36,237 nucleotides of DNA from Candidatus Krumholzibacteriota bacterium. GTDB lineage: Bacteria > Krumholzibacteriota > Krumholzibacteriia > LZORAL124-64-63. The stretch spans positions 1 through 36,237 of the forward strand of contig JBDLKA010000029.1 in assembly GCA_039714075.1 (NCBI GenBank), in the 5' to 3' direction. The notes below the pieces were generated by a model. That model was not told the DNA's origin and did not search any database. It saw nothing but the letters and a program-made list of their open reading frames with translations. The number at the start of each line of letters is the position of its first letter. The stretch's first letter is position 1. Positions 28,657 to 36,237 of the stretch are shown one piece after another. A program made the position numbers and the translations under genes.

Positions 28657-29679
28657 ATGGGTAATAAAATATTCAAACAATACCCTCCGCCACCGGGTAC
28701 GGTGGTGGAGAGCGGTGACGTCGCCCACGGTCCCTTGGCCGGTCGGGTCGTCTCGGTCATCGGTTACGGCACCATGGGCCGCGCCCACGCCTTGAATCTC
28801 AGGCGCAGCGGGGTGGAAGTGATTGTCGGCAGCCGGACCGGGTCTGCGGCGGGAAAAAGGGCCGCCGACAGCGGTTTTACCGTGCTGCCGGTGGCCGAAG
28901 CGGCCGCCGCCGGCGATGTGGTGATGCTCATGCTTCCGGACGAGGCCATGGCCGCGGTCCATGACCGGGACATCGCTCCGCATCTCAAACCGGATGCCGC
29001 CCTGGGGTTTGCCCACGGATTCGCGGTGGCTTTCGGTCAGGTCGAACCCGCACCGGGCCGCCCCTGCTTCCTGGTCGCGCCCAAGGGGCAGGGGGACATG
29101 CTGGAGGCGGCCCACGCGGCCGGCTCGGGCGTGCCCGGCCTGCTGGCGGTGACCGATGCATCGCCGCCGGAAACCTGGGACCTGGCAGCATCGTATGCAC
29201 AGGCGGTCGGTTGCCTGGTCGGCGGGGGTTTCGTGACCACTTTTCGCGCCGAGTGCGTCAGTGACCAGTTCGGCGAGCAGGTGGTTCTCTGCGGCGGAGT
29301 GGTCGAGCTGCTCAAGTCGGCGTTCGACGTCATGGTCGAAGCGGGTTATGACGAGACCAACGCCTATTTCGAGTGTGTCCACGAGTTGAAGTTGATCACC
29401 GATCTGCTGCACCGCCACGGGATCGACGGCATGCGGGAGCGGATCAGCGGCACCGCGGCCTACGGCGGGTTGACACGGGGCCCGCGCCTTATCGACGACC
29501 GGGTGCGGGACAACATGAAACGGATCCTGACGGAAATCGAGGCGGGCGACTTCGCGGACGAGTTCCTGCGGAATCACGGGGAGACGAAAACCCTGGCCCG
29601 GACCGAAGCGAAGGGCTCCCTGGCCCGAACGGGGCGAAAGGTTTTGCCGCGGCTTCATCCGGACGAGTCCACTGACTGA
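28657..29679 (+). CDS. ilvC: Ketol-acid reductoisomerase (class I)
   Basis: IGYGTMGRAHALNL, MLPDE, FAHGF, VAPKG, DQFGEQVVLCGG, AYFECVHELKLITDL. Start taken as ATG 28657. Confidence 0.92.
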   Translation: MGNKIFKQYPPPPGTVVESGDVAHGPLAGRVVSVIGYGTMGRAHALNLRRSGVEVIVGSRTGSAAGKRAADSGFTVLPVAEAAAAGDVVMLMLPDEAMAAVHDRDIAPHLKPDAALGFAHGFAVAFGQVEPAPGRPCFLVAPKGQGDMLEAAHAAGSGVPGLLAVTDASPPETWDLAASYAQAVGCLVGGGFVTTFRAECVSDQFGEQVVLCGGVVELLKSAFDVMVEAGYDETNAYFECVHELKLITDLLHRHGIDGMRERISGTAAYGGLTRGPRLIDDRVRDNMKRILTEIEAGDFADEFLRNHGETKTLARTEAKGSLARTGRKVLPRLHPDESTD

Positions 29680-29699
29680 ACACAAGGAGTTAACCGATC

Positions 29700-30398
29700 A
29701 TGAACGATTCCTTCTTCGGACGGATCTCGGACCTGTTCACCAATCCGGGACGGCTCATGGAGAACGTGGGCGCCGGACCGCGCTGGTGGCAGCCGGGACT
29801 CATGATTTTCCTGGTCATGATCGGGTTCACCTGGCTGATCTCTCCCATATCCGCCCCGGAGCAGGCGGAATTGATGCGTGATTCGAAGATGATGCAGCTG
29901 GCCGGTGAAGAGGCCGCGGATCAGATGTACGAGGAATCCAAAAACGTTTCGCCCGCCAAACGGATGTTCAACTCTGGTCTCGCGGGATTTTCGTCCTGGC
30001 TGATGATCATTATTTTCGGGTTGATCCTGGGATTCTTCGTGCGTCTGGGCGGTGGCCAGGGATCCTTCAACCAGGCTTTGGGAATCGTGTCCTGGGGATC
30101 GCTGCCGCTCTTCTTCCTCAGTCCCCTGGTGAAACTGCCCCTGATCCTGAAGGTCGAATCGGTCTTCAAGGTAAATATCGGGTTGGCCGCCTTGATGCCA
30201 GGCGCCGAACCCGGATCAGCCCTGTTCCAGATTCTGTCGACCTACGGTGACTTCTTCACCTGGTGGGGGCTGGTCCTGCTGGTCATCGGTTTCGAAAGGG
30301 TGTTCAAAATGGGCCGTTTGCCCGCCGCCCTTTCGGTGCTGCTGCCCTGGGGTCTGCTGTCTGGCGTCATGCTCGGTCTGAGTCTGTTGGTCACGTAA
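29700..30398 (+). CDS. Yip1-family membrane protein (YknW-like)
   Basis: LFTNPGRL start, about five TM helices, GSFNQALGIV, DFFTWWGLVLLVIGF. AAGGAG RBS. Confidence 0.8.
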   Translation: MNDSFFGRISDLFTNPGRLMENVGAGPRWWQPGLMIFLVMIGFTWLISPISAPEQAELMRDSKMMQLAGEEAADQMYEESKNVSPAKRMFNSGLAGFSSWLMIIIFGLILGFFVRLGGGQGSFNQALGIVSWGSLPLFFLSPLVKLPLILKVESVFKVNIGLAALMPGAEPGSALFQILSTYGDFFTWWGLVLLVIGFERVFKMGRLPAALSVLLPWGLLSGVMLGLSLLVT

Positions 30399-30431
30399 GT
30401 CATCCAGAATCATCCTGCGAGGAGTTGCAGA

Positions 30432-31790
30432 GTGAAAAAGAAGATCCTCATTCCCCTGGCGGCCATCCTGCTGATCGCGGTGGTGGTGTCCATTCTCACC
30501 TCCGGGGACAAGCCCGAGGCCAAGGTCGAGACCAAGGTGATCAGGTTGAAGGACCTGACGGCGGTGGTCAGCTGTTCGGGCACCATCCAGCCCAAACGCA
30601 AGGTGGATGTCAGCGCCAACGCCATGGGCACCATCGTGCTTCTGGCGGTGGTCGAGGGGCAGCGGGTGAAACAGGGCGATCTGCTCATGGAGATCGATCC
30701 CTTCGAATACGACGCCGCGGTCCAGGCCCTGGAAGCGACCATCAACTCCGCCCGGGCGGAGTTGAAACTGGCCGAGGCCTCGCTGGAAAAAGCGATCCAG
30801 GACCGGGACAGGGCCGAGAAATTGTTCGAGGGAGAACTGGCCTCCGAGGAGCAGCTGGCCACCGCGCGGACCAACGCCCGCATCGAAACGGCCAGGATGG
30901 AGGCGGCCCGGCACCGCATCACCCAGTATGAGGCCAACCTGTCCAAGGCCCGCCACGACCTGACCAAGGTGACCATCACCGCGCCGATGACCGGGGTGAT
31001 AACGCGCCTGAACGTGGAAGAGGGTGAAAATGCCATCATGGGCACCCTCAACAACCCGGGTACGGTGCTGCTGGTCATCGCCGATCTGGGCACCATGGAA
31101 GCCTGGGTGGAGGTCGACGAGACCGAGGTGGTCAAGGTCGAGCTCGGCCAGTCCGCCACCGTGGAGATCGACGCCTTCCCCAACCGGGAATTCACGGGCA
31201 AGGTGACCGAGATCGGCAACAGTCCGTTGCGGGTGCGCGCGGGGGCCAGCCGTGAGGCGGTCGATTTCGAGGTGAAGATCACCCTGGACGGGACCCTGCC
31301 GAACATCCGGCCGGGCCTGTCGTCCAAGGCCGAGATCACGGTCGCCGACAGGGGTGACGCCCTGGCCGTTCCCCTGGGTTCGGTCACGGTGCGGGAATGG
31401 CCTCTCAAGAATTCCGACATCCGCAGCTATTCCGGCAGCCGGGCCCGCAAACAGAAAGCCGCCCTGGAGGAATTCGGATTCGGGGTCAAGAGTGACGATC
31501 CTGATACCAACAACACCGGGAACGATGACGTCAAACGCGAGGAAACCGAGGGCGTCTTCATCCTCGAGGACGGCTTCGTGAAATTCATGCCCGTGGAGAT
31601 CGGCATCGCCGGCGAAGATGATTTCGAAGTCATAAGCGGCCTTGATTCCGGCCGGACGGTTGTCACCGGTCCCTTCCGCATCCTGCGTACGCTGAAGGAC
31701 GGGGCCGAGGTCGAAGAGACGGGCGGAAAAGGCAAAAAGAGCGGCGGGAATTCCGATAACGGTGGCGGCGACGGCGAAACGGAAGACTGA
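30432..31790 (+). CDS. Efflux periplasmic adaptor / membrane fusion protein (MacA/HlyD family)
   Basis: N-terminal anchor, GTIQP, EGQRVKQGDLL, helical hairpin, ITAPMTGVI, VDETEV, RPGLS, VISGL..G..VVTGP. Confidence 0.92.
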   Translation: MKKKILIPLAAILLIAVVVSILTSGDKPEAKVETKVIRLKDLTAVVSCSGTIQPKRKVDVSANAMGTIVLLAVVEGQRVKQGDLLMEIDPFEYDAAVQALEATINSARAELKLAEASLEKAIQDRDRAEKLFEGELASEEQLATARTNARIETARMEAARHRITQYEANLSKARHDLTKVTITAPMTGVITRLNVEEGENAIMGTLNNPGTVLLVIADLGTMEAWVEVDETEVVKVELGQSATVEIDAFPNREFTGKVTEIGNSPLRVRAGASREAVDFEVKITLDGTLPNIRPGLSSKAEITVADRGDALAVPLGSVTVREWPLKNSDIRSYSGSRARKQKAALEEFGFGVKSDDPDTNNTGNDDVKREETEGVFILEDGFVKFMPVEIGIAGEDDFEVISGLDSGRTVVTGPFRILRTLKDGAEVEETGGKGKKSGGNSDNGGGDGETED

Positions 31791-33019
31791 TGAATCTCTT
31801 CGAGGGAGTCCGCATCGCCCTGGCCAGCCTGCGCGGGCACAAGCTGCGGACCTTCCTGACCCTGCTGGGCAACATCGTGGGCACCATGTCGGTCATCGCC
31901 GTGGTTTCCCTCATCTACGGGGCCGACCGCTATGTCTCCCAGGCGGTGCTCGACGAGGGCACGGACGTATTCACCATCACGCGCGTGAATGATCTCCAGT
32001 TCCTGACCGACTTCGACGCTTTCCTGGAATCCCTCAACAATCCCGACCTGACGCTGGCCGACCGGAACTGGCTGTCCGAACACATGGAGGAGGCCTCGGC
32101 CGTCGGCGCGGTGATCATCCGCACCGCGACGGTCCGGGCCGGCGGCGAGAAATTCCGGGGGACCCGCGTGCGCGGTGTCACCGAGGACTACTCGCTGATT
32201 GAAGATGTGCCCCTGCTGCTGGGCCGTCATATCGCCCGCCAGGACGTGGTCAATTCGCGGCAGGTCGTTATCCTGGGTTTCGAGGTGGCCCGGGATCTGT
32301 TTCCCCGCCGATCCGACCCGGTGGGCCGCGAGGTCAAGATCGGCGGCCGCCACTTCAAGGTCATCGGGGTGGCCGCCGATCGCGGCACCGTCATGGGCCA
32401 CAATCGCAACCAGTTCGCCATAACCCCCATCACCGCCTGGCAGAAGGTGTTCGGGTCCGGAAGTTCCCTCGACCTCAAGATCGCCGCCAGCAACCTGGCC
32501 AGATTGCAGGAGGCCAAGGACGAAGCGGCTTTCCTGATGCGTGTCCGGCACCGTCTGCGGCCTCTCGAGCGGGACGATTTCACGATCACGACCTCGGACC
32601 AGCTTCTGTCCATCTGGGGCGGGATTTCCAAAGCCATTTATGGGGCCCTGGTCCCTTTGGTGGGCATCAGTCTGGTGGTCGGCGGCATCGTGTTGATGAA
32701 CATCATGCTGGTGTCGGTTACCGAGCGCACCCGCGAGGTTGGCGTCCGCAAGGCCCTGGGCGCCCGGCGCCTGGCCATCATGTGGCAGTTCCTGGTCGAG
32801 GCCATCACGCTGTCGCTGGTCGGCGGCATCATGGGCATCCTGATCGGTCTGGCTCTGGCCTGGGGAATTTCCATGGCCTCGCCGCTGCCTTTTGCCGTCG
32901 CCGGCTGGTCGCTGGCCCTGGGCCTGATCACCACTTTCCTGATCGGCGGGGTTTTCGGAACCTATCCCGCCTGGAAAGCGGCGGGTTTCGATCCCGTGGA
33001 GGCGCTCCGCCATGAGTAG
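31790..33019 (+). CDS. MacB/FtsX-family ABC transporter permease
   Basis: KLRTFLTLLG, periplasmic domain, SLVVGGIVLMNIMLVSVTERTREVGVRKALGA, DPVEALRHE. Confidence 0.93.
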   Translation: MNLFEGVRIALASLRGHKLRTFLTLLGNIVGTMSVIAVVSLIYGADRYVSQAVLDEGTDVFTITRVNDLQFLTDFDAFLESLNNPDLTLADRNWLSEHMEEASAVGAVIIRTATVRAGGEKFRGTRVRGVTEDYSLIEDVPLLLGRHIARQDVVNSRQVVILGFEVARDLFPRRSDPVGREVKIGGRHFKVIGVAADRGTVMGHNRNQFAITPITAWQKVFGSGSSLDLKIAASNLARLQEAKDEAAFLMRVRHRLRPLERDDFTITTSDQLLSIWGGISKAIYGALVPLVGISLVVGGIVLMNIMLVSVTERTREVGVRKALGARRLAIMWQFLVEAITLSLVGGIMGILIGLALAWGISMASPLPFAVAGWSLALGLITTFLIGGVFGTYPAWKAAGFDPVEALRHE

Positions 33020-34250
33020 GCCCCGGGTGCACTGGCGCGACGGATTCAAGGAGGCCTGGCGGACCATCACCGGGAACCGCATGCGCAGTTCCCTGCTGAT
33101 CCTGGGTGTGGCCATCGGGGTGACGACCCTGCTTGCCATCTACACCATCGTCAGCGGTCTGAGCGGGCGGATCCGGGATGACGTGGTCTCGGCGAGCCAA
33201 CCCTACATCTACATTTCCCGCAACAGCGGGGTCGGGGGCGGCGACCCCGCCGAGAAGATGCGCCGGCCCCAGTTGATGCCCCAGCTGGAGGAGGCTTTGG
33301 CGGCGACCGAGGGCGTGGGCCTGATCGATTACGAGGTGTCCAACAACAGCGGCACGGTATTGAAGTACCGGGAGGAGAAAACCCAGTTCGTGCAGGTTTT
33401 CGGATGTTCCCAGAACTTCCCCTTCATGTTCTCGATAACGGTGGACGAAGGCCGCTTTCTGACCGTCGGCGACGTGACAGCCCGAAATCGCGTGGCCGTA
33501 CTGGGTTACGGCCCCCGGAAGGATCTTTTTCCCCACCAGGATCCCATCGGCAAGACCCTGCGGATCTACGGCCAGCCGTATCTGATCATCGGCACCATGA
33601 CCGAACGCAAACACATCATCGGCCAGCTCGGGGACAACTACGTCTGCGTGCCCTGGACCACTTTCGAAAAAGACGGCTTGAAAGAGGGGTTCGAGGACAG
33701 GAACATCGCCCTTCTGGTCGCCCCGGGATACGATACCGATGAAACCATTTCCAACATCACCGGGACCATGCGCCGGGAAAGGCGGTTGCGCCCCGGGCAA
33801 AAAAACAATTTCGACGTCATTTCCAGCGAAACCTACGGCGACATCATCGACAAGGTCACCGGGGGCATCGCGGTCGTCCTGGTCGTCCTTTCCTCCATAG
33901 GATTGCTGGTCGGCGGTATCGGCGTCATGAACATCATGCTGATCTCGGTGGCCGAACGCACCCGCGAAATCGGGGTGCGGATGGCGGTCGGCGCCCGCCG
34001 TCAGGATGTTCTGCTGCAGGTCCTGGTCGAGGCGGGGATCCTGACGGGGATAGGGGGGATCATCGGCATCATCCTGGGGTACGTTGCCTCCTGGGGCATG
34101 ACCCACGTCCTGCGCTTCCCCTTTTTCATATCACCGTTCGTGACGGTGGGCGCGGCGCTTTTTTCAATCTCCATCGGGATCTTTTTCGGTCTTTATCCCG
34201 CCAACAAGGCCGCGCGCATGGATCCGATCGTGGCGCTGGGGCGGGAATAG
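33012..34250 (+). CDS. MacB/FtsX-family ABC transporter permease
   Basis: NRMRSSLLILGVAIG, LLVGGIGVMNIMLISVAERTREIGVRMAVGA, YPANKAARMDPIVAL. Confidence 0.93.
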   Translation: MSRPRVHWRDGFKEAWRTITGNRMRSSLLILGVAIGVTTLLAIYTIVSGLSGRIRDDVVSASQPYIYISRNSGVGGGDPAEKMRRPQLMPQLEEALAATEGVGLIDYEVSNNSGTVLKYREEKTQFVQVFGCSQNFPFMFSITVDEGRFLTVGDVTARNRVAVLGYGPRKDLFPHQDPIGKTLRIYGQPYLIIGTMTERKHIIGQLGDNYVCVPWTTFEKDGLKEGFEDRNIALLVAPGYDTDETISNITGTMRRERRLRPGQKNNFDVISSETYGDIIDKVTGGIAVVLVVLSSIGLLVGGIGVMNIMLISVAERTREIGVRMAVGARRQDVLLQVLVEAGILTGIGGIIGIILGYVASWGMTHVLRFPFFISPFVTVGAALFSISIGIFFGLYPANKAARMDPIVALGRE

Positions 34251-34288
34251 GAAAAACCCCCGGTGATACTTTTCACCGAGGGCTTATT
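34251..34288. terminator. Probable bidirectional terminator between convergent genes
   Basis: Stem CCCCCGGTGA / TCACCGAGGG. A-run on the left gives a U-tail for the minus strand; CTTATT on the right. Confidence 0.6.
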
Positions 34289-34306
34289 GAAGGAATTATC
34301 CAGGGG

Positions 34307-36237
34307 TCAGTCCCCGGCTTTCCACACCGGAATCCGGCCGGGCGTGTAGGGCGCGCCGGCGGCCTCGAGCCGGTCTTCCAGCTCCTTCAGGTCCACCGTC
34401 ACCAGGGTTGTCAGATCCGCCAGGACGGGTGCGAACAATTCCCCGGTCAAAGCCAGGTTGTCCCGCATGGTCCGGGTCGGTCCCGAAGTGTTGTTCTGCA
34501 CCCCGTAGACGATCCAGGACGCGCGGCCGTTGATCGATGGTGTGGTCGGTTCGCTCCGCCGGCTGACCGTGCGGTCGCCGTTCAGTTTGACGCCGAGGTC
34601 GGCCAGGCGAATGACCAGGCCGTCGACCTCATCGAGCAGGGCGGTGTCGAGCTCGGGCGTGACCTTGACGGCCTGGCGGATGTGCTTCAGGCGGTTGTCC
34701 GCGTCCCGGTAGGTGCGCGTGGCCCCCTGGACGGCGCGGAAGAGTTCGTCGGCTTTCTTGCGGAAGGCCAGGGTGCCCTCGTGATCCGGGTTGGCGGTGG
34801 TGTTCAGGCCCAGCGACCTGGTGTTGAACGCCACGGGTCCGGCGAGGACCGTTTCTTCACCGCGGACACGCCTGGAAATCGTCACACTGTATTGTCCCGG
34901 CATGACCAGGGGGCCGGCCCGTTCTTCGTCCCAGGGTGAACTGGGGCCGCCCTGGTTCAGGTTGATCGGTCCGCTGTACGGGTAACGCAGATTCCAGGCC
35001 ACGCGGTGCAGGCCCGCCGCGCCCGGTCCGGTGAACCTTCTGACGACCTCGCCATCGGCGTCCCTGACCGTCAGAAGCAACACGGGATCCACTTCGCGGT
35101 CCTCGGCCCGCAGGTCGTCCCAGCCGGGGTAGTGGACCGGTTCGGCGGCCTCGACCAGTTCCTTCTCTTTTTCCTGCCGCATCTCCTTGAGGCTCTGCAG
35201 CCCTTCCTTCAGGTGATAGGTGATCACCGCGCCGAAGGGAGGGTTCTTGGCCGTGTAGAAGGCGTCGCCCTGGAAACCCTTGTCCCGGTAGCCCAGGGGC
35301 CCGGCGATGTTGAAGATCAGGGCGTCCTTGACCGGGAAGATCGTTACTTCCTGCTCCAGGGTGGCGGGCTCGAGATTCCGCAGGGGCGAGTAGTCGTCCA
35401 GGATGTAGAAGCCGCGGCCGAAGCTGGCGACGACCAGGTCGTTTTCCCGCCGCTGGATCTCGATATCGCGGCAGGCGATGGTCGGAATGCCCGCCTTCAG
35501 CTGGGTCCAGTTCGCCCCCTCGTCGCGGGTAAAGAAAACGCCGAACTCGGTGCCGACGAAGACCAGCTGCGGATCCACATGGTCCAGGGCGATCGAGTGC
35601 ACCGTCCCGTTTTCCGGAAGGTTGCCCGCGATGGATTTCCAGGAATTGCCGTAGTCGTCGCTGCGCAGGATGTAGGGTTTGAAATCATCCCGTTTGTGGT
35701 TATCGAAACTGGCGTAGATGACCTTCTCGTCGAAGCGCGAAGGCTCGACATCGCTGACGTAACAGCCGTCGGGCACGCCGTTGAAGCTGCCGTGTTCGGT
35801 CCATTCGCCGCCGCCGTCCAACGTGATCTGGATCAGCCCGTCGTCGGTGCCGGCCATCAGCAGGCCCTCGCGCAGGGGCGATTCGTTCAGCGAGATGATG
35901 CTGCCGTAGAACGAAGTGGAGTTGTTCTTGGCCACCGCGTCCACGCTCCAGATGCGGCCCATCACTTCCAGCTCGTTGCGGTCCACGCCGGTGGTCAGGT
36001 CGCCGCTGATACGGGTCCAGCTGTCGCCCATGTCGTCGCTACGGAAGATCTTCTGGCAGGCGTAGTACAGCCGCTGGTGGTCGTGGGGACTGATGATCAG
36101 CGCCGAATTCCAGTTCCACTTCAGGATTTCTCCTTCTTCGGGCTGGGGCTGAACGTCCAGGGTCTCGCCGCTGTTGCGTTCGTAGCGGTTCAGGAAACCG
36201 TACTGCCACTGGCAGTAGATGATGTCGGGATTCGTGG
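34307..36237 (-). CDS. BNR/Asp-box (VPS10/sortilin-like) beta-propeller protein, commonly annotated glycosyl hydrolase; 5' part lies outside the window
   Basis: Asp-boxes SDDMGDSW, TLDGGGEW, SDDYGNSW, TRDEGANW; GTDDG, GTEFG, ASFGRGFYILDD. The frame stays open beyond 36031 to the window edge (PDIIYCQWQYG...WNWNSALIISPHD). Confidence 0.9.
   Translation of the reverse strand, partial: TNPDIIYCQWQYGFLNRYERNSGETLDVQPQPEEGEILKWNWNSALIISPHDHQRLYYACQKIFRSDDMGDSWTRISGDLTTGVDRNELEVMGRIWSVDAVAKNNSTSFYGSIISLNESPLREGLLMAGTDDGLIQITLDGGGEWTEHGSFNGVPDGCYVSDVEPSRFDEKVIYASFDNHKRDDFKPYILRSDDYGNSWKSIAGNLPENGTVHSIALDHVDPQLVFVGTEFGVFFTRDEGANWTQLKAGIPTIACRDIEIQRRENDLVVASFGRGFYILDDYSPLRNLEPATLEQEVTIFPVKDALIFNIAGPLGYRDKGFQGDAFYTAKNPPFGAVITYHLKEGLQSLKEMRQEKEKELVEAAEPVHYPGWDDLRAEDREVDPVLLLTVRDADGEVVRRFTGPGAAGLHRVAWNLRYPYSGPINLNQGGPSSPWDEERAGPLVMPGQYSVTISRRVRGEETVLAGPVAFNTRSLGLNTTANPDHEGTLAFRKKADELFRAVQGATRTYRDADNRLKHIRQAVKVTPELDTALLDEVDGLVIRLADLGVKLNGDRTVSRRSEPTTPSINGRASWIVYGVQNNTSGPTRTMRDNLALTGELFAPVLADLTTLVTVDLKELEDRLEAAGAPYTPGRIPVWKAGD

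Noticed and set aside
31427..34106. 570-aa and 392-aa minus-strand ORFs
   Set aside because: Antisense shadows of the permeases; no Walker motifs, so not the missing ATPase.

Overview
GC-rich bacterial window. The secreted protein ending in a FlgD-Ig tail (QNFPNPFNP...GIYFY) suggests an FCB-group lineage such as Krumholzibacteriota or Latescibacterota; this is inference only. From left to right: a secreted S8 protease/beta-helix/FlgD-Ig gene followed by a perfect 43-bp inverted repeat; a coupled DUF3524/GTDC1-like glycosyltransferase, HAD-IIA phosphatase and Ser-less alpha/beta-hydrolase operon; a ~7 kb signalling block (chemoreceptor-like protein, Hpt-like/REC protein, small HTH, STAS-GAF-like-HD-GYP protein) whose domains nearly all deviate at canonical catalytic or phospho-site residues, with candidate sigma-54 promoters; aroC convergent with a trpE-G-D-CF-B-A-aroF operon that has a complete ribosome-mediated attenuator (5-Trp leader peptide missed by the ORF track); tRNA-Met(CAU)-tilS-ftsH-folP-cdaA; an orphan ilvC; a Yip1-MFP-two-permease exporter operon with no ATPase; and a partial BNR/VPS10 beta-propeller gene. 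No mobile element, CRISPR array or rRNA was seen. The best candidate for an undescribed system is the degenerate chemosensory/c-di-GMP block at 7747-13556. All family calls come from motif recognition by eye, not database searches.
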